64,000 nt of DNA from Candidatus Latescibacterota bacterium. GTDB taxonomy: Bacteria > Latescibacterota > UBA2968 > SICM01. Shown here piece by piece: positions 19,613 through 30,141 of the stretch. The DNA lies in contig CBDCJO010000002.1 in the NCBI GenBank assembly GCA_965217865.1, forward strand, positions 3,392,001 through 3,456,000. The letters run 5' to 3'. Below the pieces are notes generated by a model that saw only the letters and a list, made by a program, of their open reading frames with translations, was not told where the DNA came from and did not search any database. A program made the position numbers and the translations under genes. Each line of letters starts with the position of its first letter. Position 1 is the first letter of the stretch.

Positions 19613-20963
19613 ATGGGATTCATGCCTGACTTTCGATATCAGGCCGCAAGCGTCAGTGGGGGAATCGTCCAGGGGACGTTGAGCGCATCCAACACGCGGG
19701 AGGCCAAGCGAAGCGTCGAGGATATCTGCGTTAAACGCCGGATGCGCCTGACCAGCCTTCAGAAGCGGTCCACCTTCATCTACAAGGCCCGGCGAGGAAA
19801 CGAAAAGACCTTCAAGGGAGAGCAGAAGGCCTTTTCCAAGGAGGAGGTGGAAAACGCCCTCCGAAAGCTCAACTACCAGGTCCTGAGGGTCCAGAAGAAG
19901 CTGTTTGATTTCAAGCTAAAGCCTCCCACGAAGGATATCGTCCTCTTCACCCGTATATCCGCTGATTTGCTCCGGGAGCGGCTGCCTTACGATGAGATTC
20001 TCCAGCTTCTGGCCAATGATACCGAGAACAAGACCCTTGCGGATACCATCAGGGAGATCCATCAGGATCTCAAAGACGGGAAGGACGGGAAGGCGGTATT
20101 CGGAAAACACACAGATGTTCTTGGAAGATTCACGACCTACATGCTGAGCGTGGCGTCCTCCAGCGGGAATATGGCGGAGGTCTACGAGAGTACGGCCAAG
20201 TTCCTGGAGCGCGACGAGGAGTTCAAGAAGAGCCTCAAGAGCGCTTTGATCATGCCCGCGGTGATCGTCTTCGCCCTGTTGGCGGCGGTCGCTTACTATG
20301 TGGGCTACATCTTCCCGGCAACTGCGGAGATGTTCTTGAAGTTCGGGGTGGACCTCCCCCCGATGACCGCTGCGACGCTCGAGTTCAGCAAATTTCTCAC
20401 AGGAAATGCGATCTGGCTCTTTCCCGCTTGCATCGCCCCGATGGTCCTGCTGGTCGCCTTTTTCACGCGGACTCAGAAGGGGAGGTTGATCCGGGACCGG
20501 TATAATAAAGGTGCCGGTGGTGGGCTCTTTGCTCCACAAGACCAGCATCGAGATCTTTGGGAGGGTTTTCTACGCCCTCTATTCGGGTTCGGGGGAGAAC
20601 ATCACCGTCATTCGAATCGGGGCAGAGGCCTGCCGGAACACCTACATGGAGCAGCAGATCAAGGAGGTGGCCATCCCGATGATGCTCAAGGAGGGAAAGG
20701 GGCTGATCGAGTCGCTGGAGGCGGCCGGGGTGTTCACCCAGAACGCCATCTCCCGACTCCGGGCGGGGGCGGAGTCGGGGGCCCTGCGCACGACCGCCCT
20801 TCAGCTGGCCAACTACTATGAACGAGAAACCACCTATAAGATGAAAAACGTTGTGGAACTGATAAACGTCATTATCTCGCTGTTGATCATGGTCGTCATG
20901 ACCGCACTGACGCTTGTCTCCTCGGAGACGGCGGTGATCACGCCGCCGCCGCCCACAATGTAA
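19613..20963 (+). pseudogene. pilC: Type IV pilus platform protein (PilC/GspF), frameshifted at ~20501-20507
   Basis: Two T2SSF domains; frame 1 reads ...LIRDRY, then IKVPVVGSLL...AGAESGAL...LANYYE continues in another frame across tataataaag. Confidence 0.88.
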
Positions 20964-20982
20964 GCCTCCGGGAAATGGAACC

Positions 20983-22758
20983 ATGGCTGAGCTCAAGAAC
21001 CGGATCGGGGAGATCCTCCTGAACAAAGGGATTATCACCCCCGAGGAGGAACGGAAGGCGGCGGAAATTCAGCTCCGCAATCCCGACCGGAAGTTCGGTG
21101 AGATCCTCGTGATGGATCTTGATGTGGACCATCACGCCGTCTTCGGGGAGCTTGCCCGCCTGTACGCCTTCAGGGAAATGGATATCAAGATCGGGGAGGT
21201 GGATGAGGATCGGGTGAAATTTATCAAGGACATTTTCGAAGGTCTCCCTGATGAGGTGCGGGACGAGGCGATCTCCCGACAGGCGCTTCCGTTTAAACCC
21301 GTTGAGGGACAACGGGATGTGCTGATCGTGGTGACTCCCGATCCGACGGATCGGGGGGTTGCGAGCGTGGCCATGCGGTTCGGCTATCGTCGCCCGGAGA
21401 TCTTTTATGCCCGGCTTGATGCCGTTGATGAGCTCCTCAGACGTGTGGCCCCCCCCAAGAACGACCTGCTCGATTTCATAGAGCAGGCCGGCCAGGCCAC
21501 GGAGGTCATCGAGCCCCTGGAAGAGGAGATCGATGAAGAGGCCATCGAGGCCGAGATCAAACAGGGGACGCTTGGGAAGCTTATCGAGGGATGCCTGATC
21601 GAGGGGGTTCGACAGGGTGTCAGCGATATCCATATCGTCCCCCAGGAAGGAAACAGAACGGAGTTCCACTTTCGCGTAGATGGAAATCTCAAGGTATGGT
21701 ACACCCACGAGGGCATGAAACCGGAGGCGGTGTCCGCGGTGGTGAAGGACCGATCGAAGAACGTGGATCGGTTTGAGAGGGACAGCGCGCAGGACGGGTT
21801 CATTCAGCGGGAGATCGACGGCCACAAGATCCGATTCCGGGTGTCGATCATTCCGATGGTGGGTAGCGAATTCGAGCGGAAACTGGAAAGCACGGTCATC
21901 CGGATCCTGGATGACCGGAACGTCGTGACGGATCTCCGGAAATTGGGCCTCCAGCCCAAGGCGATGGAGGACTTCGAGAAAGCGATCACCCGGCCCCAGG
22001 GGATCGTGATCCTGACCGGTCCGACGGGGAGCGGGAAGACGACTACCCTGAACGCCGCGCTCTACTACGTGATCGATCCGACGATAAACGTCCTGACGAT
22101 CGAGGGTCCGGTGGAGTACATCATCCGGGGGGCGCGGCAGCTCAAAATCAGCGACCGCATGACGTTCGACGATGCCCTTCGTGCGATCCTCAGGCACGAC
22201 CCGGACGTCGTCCTCGTCGGGGAGATCCGGGACCTCAAGACGGCCGAGACCGCGATAAAGATGGCAAACACCGGGCACCTGACTTTCGCCAGCCTGCACA
22301 CGAACGACGCGCCGAGCGCGGTCTCGCGGCTCTACAAGATGGGCGTCGAACCGTTCCTGATCGCGAGCGCGGTCAACATCGTCGTGGCGCAGAGATTAAT
22401 CCGGAGGCTGTGCAACGAATGCAAGCGGCCCGCAAAGGATATCGACAAAGGGCTTTACCTCCAGGCCGGGATGACCGAAGAGGAGATCGCGGAGACTACG
22501 ATTTACGAACCGGTCGGCTGCGACAAGTGCAATGACGGCTATAAGGGAAGGTCCGCGATTCACGAGGCCCTTCTGTTCACGAAGGAGATCCGGCATATCA
22601 TTCTCGAATCCGGCGAGGCCGTGGACGAGGGGGCCATTCAGGCCCAGGCGGTCAAGGACGGCATGCTGACCCTGCGCGGCTCCGGCCTTGCCCGGATCAA
22701 AGAGGGCATCTCCACTATTGAGGAGGTCCTCGGCGCCACGACGGGGGAAGAGGAGTGA
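20983..22758 (+). CDS. pilB: Type IV pilus extension ATPase (PilB/GspE)
   Basis: RIGEILL N-terminus, SDIHIVP, GPTGSGKTTT, DPDVVLVGEIRD, TGHL, tetracysteine CNEC...CDKC; Asp box reads TIEGPVEY. Confidence 0.95.
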   Translation: MAELKNRIGEILLNKGIITPEEERKAAEIQLRNPDRKFGEILVMDLDVDHHAVFGELARLYAFREMDIKIGEVDEDRVKFIKDIFEGLPDEVRDEAISRQALPFKPVEGQRDVLIVVTPDPTDRGVASVAMRFGYRRPEIFYARLDAVDELLRRVAPPKNDLLDFIEQAGQATEVIEPLEEEIDEEAIEAEIKQGTLGKLIEGCLIEGVRQGVSDIHIVPQEGNRTEFHFRVDGNLKVWYTHEGMKPEAVSAVVKDRSKNVDRFERDSAQDGFIQREIDGHKIRFRVSIIPMVGSEFERKLESTVIRILDDRNVVTDLRKLGLQPKAMEDFEKAITRPQGIVILTGPTGSGKTTTLNAALYYVIDPTINVLTIEGPVEYIIRGARQLKISDRMTFDDALRAILRHDPDVVLVGEIRDLKTAETAIKMANTGHLTFASLHTNDAPSAVSRLYKMGVEPFLIASAVNIVVAQRLIRRLCNECKRPAKDIDKGLYLQAGMTEEEIAETTIYEPVGCDKCNDGYKGRSAIHEALLFTKEIRHIILESGEAVDEGAIQAQAVKDGMLTLRGSGLARIKEGISTIEEVLGATTGEEE

Positions 22759-22767
22759 AAAGAAAAG

Positions 22768-22822
22768 CAGAATATAGAATACAGGAGATATTCAAATTCC
22801 TCGGATTCTGTATTCTGTATTC
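22768..22822. repeat. Inverted heptamer element (AGAATAC / GTATTCT)
   Basis: cagaatatagaatacagga ... attctgtattctgtattc. Confidence 0.75.
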
Positions 22823-22854
22823 CGGGGGGGGTGTGCTTCCCCGGGAGGATTGTT

Positions 22855-23238
22855 ATGGGAACAGGCCAGACGCTTCTGGTTCTGGGTGCGGTGGTGATTC
22901 TGTCCACCGTAGCCCTATCGATCAACAACACCCTTTTGAACAACGATCAGATTTCGGTGCAGGCCAACATCACCCTGACCGCGACCTCGGTGTGCCGGTC
23001 TCTTATCGAAGATTATGCGCGTCTCCCGTTCGACTCCCTGGCCGTCGGGACGACACTCCTCAACGTGACCACCCCGATCGCTGCTTTCCCTTGCTCGTTA
23101 TCCGTGGCCTTCGTTCAAGAGAATGTGCCGGACAATCCCGTCATGGGTCCAACGTCCTATAAAAAGGTGAGCGCGATCGCGACGAGTCCCCATCTCAGTT
23201 ACACGATCCAGTTGCACACGGTGATCGCCGACTACTAA
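22855..23238 (+). CDS. Minor pilin-like protein
   Basis: GGAGG RBS, MGTG|QTLLVLGAVVILSTVALSIN hydrophobic N-terminus; YKKVSAIATSP PilV-like ending. Confidence 0.7.
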   Translation: MGTGQTLLVLGAVVILSTVALSINNTLLNNDQISVQANITLTATSVCRSLIEDYARLPFDSLAVGTTLLNVTTPIAAFPCSLSVAFVQENVPDNPVMGPTSYKKVSAIATSPHLSYTIQLHTVIADY

Positions 23239-23242
23239 AAGC

Positions 23243-23710
23243 ATGCCGAGAGATTTCGACATTCTTCTGAGCGGGTTCTCAGAGCCGGAGCGCAAGGCGT
23301 TCCAACAGATCGGACGGGACAGGGATTTCACGCTTCACAAGATCCTGATACGTGAAGAGGAGGCGGGCAGCAGCATGTTCGTGATCCAGTTGGGAGAGGT
23401 GTCGGTCTGGAGGAAGGCCGTCAAGCTGGCCCGCATGGGTGAGGGGGCGGTGGTCGGCGCCTCGAGCCTGATCGAGCCTCATCCGCGGACCGCCACGGTG
23501 ATGGCGGAGGATTACGTCCGGGCATCGGTATACAGGCGCGAGGATGTGCTCAAATTCTTCAAGGTGCGATCTCCCCGGCTCTTCCAACGGTTCTTCCTGA
23601 ACTCCTTCAGGGCACATATGAACCTTGTCCGGCGGTGCAATGACATCATTCTGGAGATGGAGGGCCGGTTGCGCGAAGAGCTTGCCGTTCAGGATAGGGG
23701 ACAGCGATGA
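23243..23710 (+). CDS. Stand-alone cyclic nucleotide-binding domain protein (no HTH)
   Basis: LIREEEAGSSMFVIQLGEVSV...GEGAVVGASSLIEPHPRTATV plus C-helix. Confidence 0.85.
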   Translation: MPRDFDILLSGFSEPERKAFQQIGRDRDFTLHKILIREEEAGSSMFVIQLGEVSVWRKAVKLARMGEGAVVGASSLIEPHPRTATVMAEDYVRASVYRREDVLKFFKVRSPRLFQRFFLNSFRAHMNLVRRCNDIILEMEGRLREELAVQDRGQR

Positions 23711-24249
23711 ATGCCTATCTGGATCTGATCTGTTCATTTCTGATCGGGGGGCTCCTCCTCCTGAATGTCCAGCGGATGAACGGGGACCTTGTGACCCGGT
23801 CTTACAATGGGGGAAATGAGTACATCGCCCAGACCAGCGCGGCGACCCTCGCGGAGGTCGTGGAATATGATCTCCAAAAGGTGGGCTACGGTGTGGCCGG
23901 TGCGAAGATCACTTCTGCCGATTCGACAAGCCTTACTTTCTACGCCGACATCGACCGGAACGGGGCGCCGGATTCGATTCGATACATCCTCGGCGGGGTC
24001 CTTCCCCGGACCATGAACCCGTGTGACCGCATGTTCAATCGCCTGGTCAACGCGGAGACTCCCGACAGCATCAGCCTGGGGGTCACGGATTTCCGGTTTA
24101 CTTATTACAATTCCTCGGGGGCGGCCACCAGCACGCTCACCGACATCAAGGGAATTCAGGTGGACATCACGGTGGAAAGCACCGCAGGATACGACACCAC
24201 TTATGCGAAGTCGTTCGTTCGGATCAAGGTCTGGCCGAAGAATCTTTAA
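23707..24249 (+). CDS. Minor pilin-like protein (PilW/GspJ-like)
   Basis: N-terminal hydrophobic helix, VEYDLQKVGYG, SLTFYADID, GVTDFRFTYY, IKVWPKNL C-terminus. Confidence 0.72.
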   Translation: MNAYLDLICSFLIGGLLLLNVQRMNGDLVTRSYNGGNEYIAQTSAATLAEVVEYDLQKVGYGVAGAKITSADSTSLTFYADIDRNGAPDSIRYILGGVLPRTMNPCDRMFNRLVNAETPDSISLGVTDFRFTYYNSSGAATSTLTDIKGIQVDITVESTAGYDTTYAKSFVRIKVWPKNL

Positions 24250-24272
24250 ATTAGAAATTGTCATCTTGACTT

Positions 24273-25349
24273 ATGGGTAAATATTCTCTCATCGTCGTCG
24301 CGGGTTTCGCATTCACCTACGGCATTATTAACGGTAACCTGAATCGGGGGAACGAACGGTTTGTCGATAATATTGGATCGGATTACAATCGAGCGGTGGC
24401 CGAGTTGGCTGCGCGATCCATGGTCAACCTATCGCTGGGAAAATTAAGGGACAGCACGAGCTGGCGGTCGGGCTATTCAAACCACCCCACCGGCGGGGGG
24501 TTGGGCTGGTCGACGCTTGTCGACAGCACTACGGACACCACGCTGAGCACGGGACAGGTCCGGATCACTGCCGGAGGGTCGAACGGAGAGGCCGCGGATA
24601 CCGTGATCGTGTTGGCCGCACTGCCCGGTCCGGCCGGCATTCCACCAGGCGTGCACGGCGCGATCACGGCGAACTCAACCGTGACGACCCTCGGGAACAT
24701 TGCCATAGACGTTCGCGACCACGACATGAATGGAACGCTGATCCCGGGTCAGGGGTCAAAAGGAATCAGCACCACGCAAACCTACAACCGGGGCGGCAAC
24801 TCGAAGGCGGGGGGCACTTCTTCGGGTACTGATTATGCCCCTTCAAAGCCTGCCGATCCGGCCATCATCGAGGAAAATGCGGCCTATGCTTTTCCCAGCT
24901 CCCCGGACGCCGTGTTCGGTTATTCGGACGGCACACTCAAGGCGATGGCCCAGTCGGGGGAGAACGGGGGCCAGTATGTGACAAATCCTTCGAATCTGAC
25001 TTTTCCCCTCTCCGGTGTGACTTACGTGGAGCTCTCGTCAGGGGGGACCTGGCAGAGCATCGCATTGGGCAGCAGTACGGGTGTTCTCGTGGTGCATAAC
25101 AGCACGGGTGATGCGAGGATCAAAAATATCAACTCAGGGACGTTCAAGGGCCTGCTTATCGCAGACGACATCGACAAGATCCATACGACGATCATCGGAG
25201 CCGCGATCTCCTTGACCACGAGTCCGGCGGGGAACTGCATCGGAAACGGGAGTGGAGAAATCCTCTACAGCAGCGAAGCACTTCAACAGGCGTCCTCGAC
25301 GGCGGCCGGCGGAGGCAGCGGCAGCATAACCGTGTTATCCTGGTGGTAG
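24273..25349 (+). CDS. Large minor pilin-like protein (PilX/GspK-like)
   Basis: MG|KYSLIVVAGFAF N-terminus, AELAARS helix, Gly/Thr/Ser-rich beta domain, ends SWW. Confidence 0.68.
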   Translation: MGKYSLIVVAGFAFTYGIINGNLNRGNERFVDNIGSDYNRAVAELAARSMVNLSLGKLRDSTSWRSGYSNHPTGGGLGWSTLVDSTTDTTLSTGQVRITAGGSNGEAADTVIVLAALPGPAGIPPGVHGAITANSTVTTLGNIAIDVRDHDMNGTLIPGQGSKGISTTQTYNRGGNSKAGGTSSGTDYAPSKPADPAIIEENAAYAFPSSPDAVFGYSDGTLKAMAQSGENGGQYVTNPSNLTFPLSGVTYVELSSGGTWQSIALGSSTGVLVVHNSTGDARIKNINSGTFKGLLIADDIDKIHTTIIGAAISLTTSPAGNCIGNGSGEILYSSEALQQASSTAAGGGSGSITVLSWW

Positions 25350-25392
25350 AAGGGATCAATTTCTCAAATTAATGTTCTTCCTGGAGTGAATT

Positions 25393-26604
25393 ATGGAACC
25401 CACCGCCGTTCTTGACAAACTCACCTCACAGATTTCAAAAAACCTCTCCGGTGTGGAGCGGCAGAAGTTCATAGGGGACCTGGTCAATCAGCAACCGAAG
25501 GAGGAGGTCGACGGGTTCAGAGAGGTGATCGATGGCTTTCTCAGGGTGATGGCCACCAAGGGCGCCTCGGATGTCGACATGGGAGGGGAGGGCTCGGGGA
25601 GCCACGTCTGGTATCGGATCTACGGAAAAAAGAAACCGGACGAGAACACAGGACCTTACAATGCGGATCAGATGGATATCCTCCTCCACACCCTTTTGAT
25701 GGAGAGCCAGAGAAACTTCCTGATCGAGCATCGGAATCTGGATTTCTCCTATCACCTGGACGCAGACGGTAAGAGCTACCGCTACCGGGCGGACATGTAT
25801 TTCGACCTGGATCACCTGGCCCTGAACATGCGGTTCATCGACAGCGAGATTCGGCCCTTCAAAAGCATCGAGCTCCATCCGGAGGCCGTGAAGGCCGTGA
25901 CCCTCATCTACGACAGCCAGGGTCTCACCCTCGTCACGGGCATCACCGGCTCCGGAAAGAGCTCGACTCTGGACAGCATCATCGACGCCAACAATCAGAC
26001 GGCCGAAGGGCACATCGTGATCATCGGCTCTCCGATCGAGACGATTCATGAGTCAAAAAAGTGCATCGTCCGCCATCGAGAGGTCGGACGGGACGTGACC
26101 TCCTTCAAAGACGGGGCGATCCAGGCCCTCCGCCAGGACCCCGATATCGTGGTCATCGGAGAGATGCGGGACCCCGAGACGATCCTGACCGGGCTGGAGA
26201 TCACGGACAGCGGCCACAAAGTCTTCTCGACCCTGCACACCGGATCGGCCGTGGAGAGCATCGACCGGATCATCGGGGAGTGCCCCCCGATCGAGCAAAA
26301 CCGGGTCCGGGAACGTTTGGCGGACGTCCTCAAGTGCGCCATCTCTCAGAAGCTCGTTCCGACCCTGGACGGCAAGCGCGCCCTGTGCAAGGAGGTCATG
26401 CTGATGAACTCCTCTGTCCGGGCAGCCATCAAGAACAACAACAGCAGCGAGATCTACCAGATGATGCACGAGGGAAGCGCGGGGGGAATGAATACGATGG
26501 AACAGGACCTCAAGCGCCTGATGGACGGGCGTCGCATCTCTCCGGACACGGCCATGAACGAGGCCAACAACAAGCGGCGTATGGAAGAGTTGTTGAAAGG
26601 ATAA
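25393..26604 (+). CDS. pilT: Retraction ATPase PilT/PilU-like
   Basis: GITGSGKSST, HREVGRDV.SF, ALRQDPDIVVIGEMRD, GHKVFSTLHT, VRAAIK. Confidence 0.92.
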   Translation: MEPTAVLDKLTSQISKNLSGVERQKFIGDLVNQQPKEEVDGFREVIDGFLRVMATKGASDVDMGGEGSGSHVWYRIYGKKKPDENTGPYNADQMDILLHTLLMESQRNFLIEHRNLDFSYHLDADGKSYRYRADMYFDLDHLALNMRFIDSEIRPFKSIELHPEAVKAVTLIYDSQGLTLVTGITGSGKSSTLDSIIDANNQTAEGHIVIIGSPIETIHESKKCIVRHREVGRDVTSFKDGAIQALRQDPDIVVIGEMRDPETILTGLEITDSGHKVFSTLHTGSAVESIDRIIGECPPIEQNRVRERLADVLKCAISQKLVPTLDGKRALCKEVMLMNSSVRAAIKNNNSSEIYQMMHEGSAGGMNTMEQDLKRLMDGRRISPDTAMNEANNKRRMEELLKG

Positions 26605-26629
26605 TTTCGACCTAAACGTTCGGTGATCT

Positions 26630-27031
26630 ATGGGGCATCGATTCAAAACAACCCTCGTACTATCCCTCCTCGTGTTGTCCTGCTCCTCGAAGGACTCGAG
26701 CACCGGGGTCACCTCGAATGGTGACTACACGCTGATGGTCGTGGTGAATAACCGGAATATCCGCGTGGGGGACAGCATCCCCGTGAATGTCCAGCTCCGG
26801 CGAACGGACAACAGCAACCTCCCTTCCGGTCTGAAGGGAATCATCCTGCTGACGGCCAGCGACAACGGCCTGTTGGCCCAGGGGTCTATCTCCATAGATG
26901 TGGTCGGCAACCGTGTACAGGAAGTTTCGGAAAACATCACGTTTACCGCCTTGAAATCCGGCGTGGCCGAAGTCCGTGCAGCCTTCCAGGACGCCCAGGC
27001 CAAGGTGGATGTGATCATATCGAGTATATAG
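26630..27031 (+). CDS. Lipoprotein with a single Ig-like domain
   Basis: Lipobox LVLS-C; beta-rich sequence. Confidence 0.7.
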   Translation: MGHRFKTTLVLSLLVLSCSSKDSSTGVTSNGDYTLMVVVNNRNIRVGDSIPVNVQLRRTDNSNLPSGLKGIILLTASDNGLLAQGSISIDVVGNRVQEVSENITFTALKSGVAEVRAAFQDAQAKVDVIISSI

Positions 27032-27037
27032 AGTCCT

Positions 27038-30004
27038 ATGAGAGATTGGAAAGTCCTAGCGCTTTGCCTCCTTATGGTTTTTTTGGGGTGCGACAAGAGC
27101 AAACCCGCTGCCCCGGAATTGCCTCGCCTGGACGACCTTGTCATCGTGGCGGGTAATAACCAGAGCGCCCTCCCCGGACAAGGCATCTCCGATTCTTTGA
27201 CCGTGCGCGCGGTGGACCAGAACAGAAGGCCTATTGCGGGGGTTACAGTGAATTTTCGCGTGACTTCAGGGGGGGGCAGCCTGTCCGACACAACCCTAAC
27301 CACGAACACAAGCGGTCTTGCGTGGACCCGTCTGACCCTTGGGCCTGTGCCTGGAACGAACATCGTTCAGGCGACTATAGACGGATTGTCGGGGCTTCAG
27401 CCCACCTTCACCGCTACGGCTGTGGGGCCAGCGGATCCTACGGGGGACGGCCCCTCGGTCACACCGGGCGGTCCCACAGCGTCCATCACCTCTCTGGACA
27501 TCGGTCCGGTCACACTCGGGGTGCGGGGTTCCTGTAACCAGGAGACTGCCACTATCACATTCGAGTTGAAAGACGCCGAGGGAAACCCGGCGGCCGACGG
27601 CGAGGCCGTGAGCTTTGATCTGGTTCCGGGGGGGTCGGCCTCTCTCTCGGCAACGAGCGCCACAACGGTTCAGGGACGGGTCTCCGTCACACTCACGAGC
27701 GACACCCTGGCCACGCCCGTCAAGATCACGGCCACCGCCAGGGGAATTATGGGATCCGTCTCCATCCCGATTCTCGGCGGGCCTCCGGACCCGGAGCACT
27801 TCAGCCTGGCTGCCGAAAAGCTCAATCTTCCAGGCGGCGTGATCGCGGGGCTTCAGGACCGAATCACGGCCTTCGTGTTTGACGGGTTTTCCAATCCTGT
27901 CCCCCCCGGCACTTCGATCCTTTTCAGCACCTCTTCGGGGGGCATCGAGGGGTCTGCCCAAACCGGTGAACAGGGGCGGGCTTCAGTCAACCTGATCACT
28001 GCCGCGCCCCTCCCGACGGACGGGTTTGCCATCGTCACGGCCCAAACCGTAGGCCGAGGGGACAGCCTGATCTCGGCCGAGATTCGGATCCTCTTCTCCG
28101 GCGCGACGCAACTGGAGGTTCAACCCGCTACGCTAACATCCGATACCCTTCAAACTCTGAGTTACACAGTGAGGGACCCGAACGGCAACCCTCTCTCCGA
28201 GGGAACCAGGATCCAGGTTTCCGCTCAGGATGGAAGTGTCCTGGGGGACGTGGATATAACCCTTTCGGATAACCAGGGTCAGGGGTCCGGGCTGACCGAT
28301 TTCACTTTTGTACTCCAGAGGTCCCCCGACGAACGGAGCGAGGTGACGATCGATGTGACCTCCCCCAATGGGGACATCAGACGTACCCTTGTGGTGGGCT
28401 CCGTTTCGGGGGGGGCCGGTCCGTCCTCTTTGATCCCCACAAGCCTGAACCTGACCGCTGAAGACGCATCCATACTTGCCGACGGGCTCACCACAACAGA
28501 GGTCACCGCCGTGCTCACCGATGTCGACGGAACGCCGATCCGAGGAAGAGGGGTGGACTTTGTCACCAGCGCGGGCCTGGTCGAGTCATCCGATGTGACC
28601 AACGCGGCCGGACAGGCAAGGGTTTCCCTGACCAGTGCGGCCAGCACTTCGGACCTCCAAGCCCTTGTCCAGGCCTTCTTCGCCGACACCCTCCGGGACA
28701 GTGTCTCTGTGGATATGGTGGGTCTCACGCTCTCGCTAACCGCCACTCCCGATACCATCGCCGCCGACGGAAACGCCCAATCGCGCATCATCGCGACCCT
28801 GGAGGAGACCGTTTTGGGAGCGTCGGTCCCGTTCGCCCCTGTGTCCTTCGAGACGACGGTCGGGACGCTCTCTGCGTCATCCGCCCTGACCGAGACGGAC
28901 GGCCGGGCCACCGTCATTCTCACCAGCCAGCCACAGTCGGGACGCGCGACCGTGACGGCCTCTTACGGACCGGGTTTGACCGACCGACGGCAGGTCGCCT
29001 TTGTCAAGGGACCGCCTGCGAGCATCGTGCTCGTATCGGTGGATCCCCCGGCCATCGGTGTAAAAGGCGCCGGTTCGAACGCCACGGCTTTCATCACGTT
29101 CGAAGTGCGAGATGCCCAGGGTACTCCCGTATCGGACGGAGAGCAGATCGCGTTCACCCTGGATCCCGCGGCCGGCGGGGAATCGGTCGATCCGGATTCG
29201 AGCGCCACGGTCGACGGTCGGGTCCGTATTGCCTTCAACAGCGGAACGATTGCCCGCACGGTGCGGGTGATAGCGACGTGGACCGGAGGCGCCATCTCCT
29301 CAACCCCGGTACCTGTGGCCATCCACGGGGGGCTTCCCTCCCAAGTCAACTTCAGCGTCGCCCCGGAACCCGTAAACCTGGCGGGACGGGTCCTGCTTGG
29401 TCTCGAAAGCACGATCACGGCTTTTGTGTTCGACCGCTTCTCAAACCCGGTGCCCGAAGGGACATCCGTCCGCTTCGGGACCGTTGGCGGGGGTATCGAG
29501 GGGGCTGCGGAGACGGACTCGGTCGGCCAGGCGAGTGTGTTGCTCTTCACGGCTGCACCGATTCCCACCCTGGCAGACAACTTCCTGGCCGTCGTCACAG
29601 CCCAGACGGTGAATGAAGACGGAAACGACATCCAGGCCACGACGACGGTCCTGTTTAGCGGCCCAACAGTCGCCCAGTTGACCGATTCCAGGTTCACAGA
29701 CTCAATCCCGGATACGATCTTCGACGGCGGATCGCTTATCGTCAACTACGCCGTGAGCGATACCAGCAATTTACCGATTATGGGCGGCAGCACCATATCG
29801 GTGACCAGCGATGTGGCACGGGTCGGCGGGCAAGGAGAGGTGATCATCCCCGATGCCCGGAGCGGAAACACCAGTTTCGCCGTAGCCCTCTCAGATCCGG
29901 AGCCGGGGGAGGATCCTGACCGAATCGATACAGGGGTTGTTGTGATCAGAATTGAATCCCTCAATGGGAATTTCCTGTTGTCTTTTTCAGTAACGGTGGA
30001 TTAG
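27038..30004 (+). CDS. Large lipoprotein with multiple Big-1 (invasin/intimin-like) Ig domains
   Basis: Lipobox FLG-C; repeated ADG...T...D..G.A.V.L motifs; internal duplication (ITAFVFDGFSNPVPPGTS / ITAFVFDRFSNPVPEGTS). Confidence 0.88.
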   Translation: MRDWKVLALCLLMVFLGCDKSKPAAPELPRLDDLVIVAGNNQSALPGQGISDSLTVRAVDQNRRPIAGVTVNFRVTSGGGSLSDTTLTTNTSGLAWTRLTLGPVPGTNIVQATIDGLSGLQPTFTATAVGPADPTGDGPSVTPGGPTASITSLDIGPVTLGVRGSCNQETATITFELKDAEGNPAADGEAVSFDLVPGGSASLSATSATTVQGRVSVTLTSDTLATPVKITATARGIMGSVSIPILGGPPDPEHFSLAAEKLNLPGGVIAGLQDRITAFVFDGFSNPVPPGTSILFSTSSGGIEGSAQTGEQGRASVNLITAAPLPTDGFAIVTAQTVGRGDSLISAEIRILFSGATQLEVQPATLTSDTLQTLSYTVRDPNGNPLSEGTRIQVSAQDGSVLGDVDITLSDNQGQGSGLTDFTFVLQRSPDERSEVTIDVTSPNGDIRRTLVVGSVSGGAGPSSLIPTSLNLTAEDASILADGLTTTEVTAVLTDVDGTPIRGRGVDFVTSAGLVESSDVTNAAGQARVSLTSAASTSDLQALVQAFFADTLRDSVSVDMVGLTLSLTATPDTIAADGNAQSRIIATLEETVLGASVPFAPVSFETTVGTLSASSALTETDGRATVILTSQPQSGRATVTASYGPGLTDRRQVAFVKGPPASIVLVSVDPPAIGVKGAGSNATAFITFEVRDAQGTPVSDGEQIAFTLDPAAGGESVDPDSSATVDGRVRIAFNSGTIARTVRVIATWTGGAISSTPVPVAIHGGLPSQVNFSVAPEPVNLAGRVLLGLESTITAFVFDRFSNPVPEGTSVRFGTVGGGIEGAAETDSVGQASVLLFTAAPIPTLADNFLAVVTAQTVNEDGNDIQATTTVLFSGPTVAQLTDSRFTDSIPDTIFDGGSLIVNYAVSDTSNLPIMGGSTISVTSDVARVGGQGEVIIPDARSGNTSFAVALSDPEPGEDPDRIDTGVVVIRIESLNGNFLLSFSVTVD

Positions 30005-30027
30005 AAAAGCCGTGAAACGCTAATAAG

Positions 30028-30129
30028 CCGTGGATCGTGATTCGTGGATCGTGAATCGAAAAGAACAGGTACCGTGGGATGGGCATGAGTCCCTGATCCC
30101 CGACCCCTGACTTCTGACCTCTGAATCAC
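30028..30129. repeat. Composite heptamer element
   Basis: cgtggat-cgtgatt-cgtggat-cgtgaat, then ctgatcc-ccgaccc-ctgactt-ctgacct-ctgaatc. Confidence 0.8.
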
Positions 30130-30141
30130 CAACTCAGTTCC

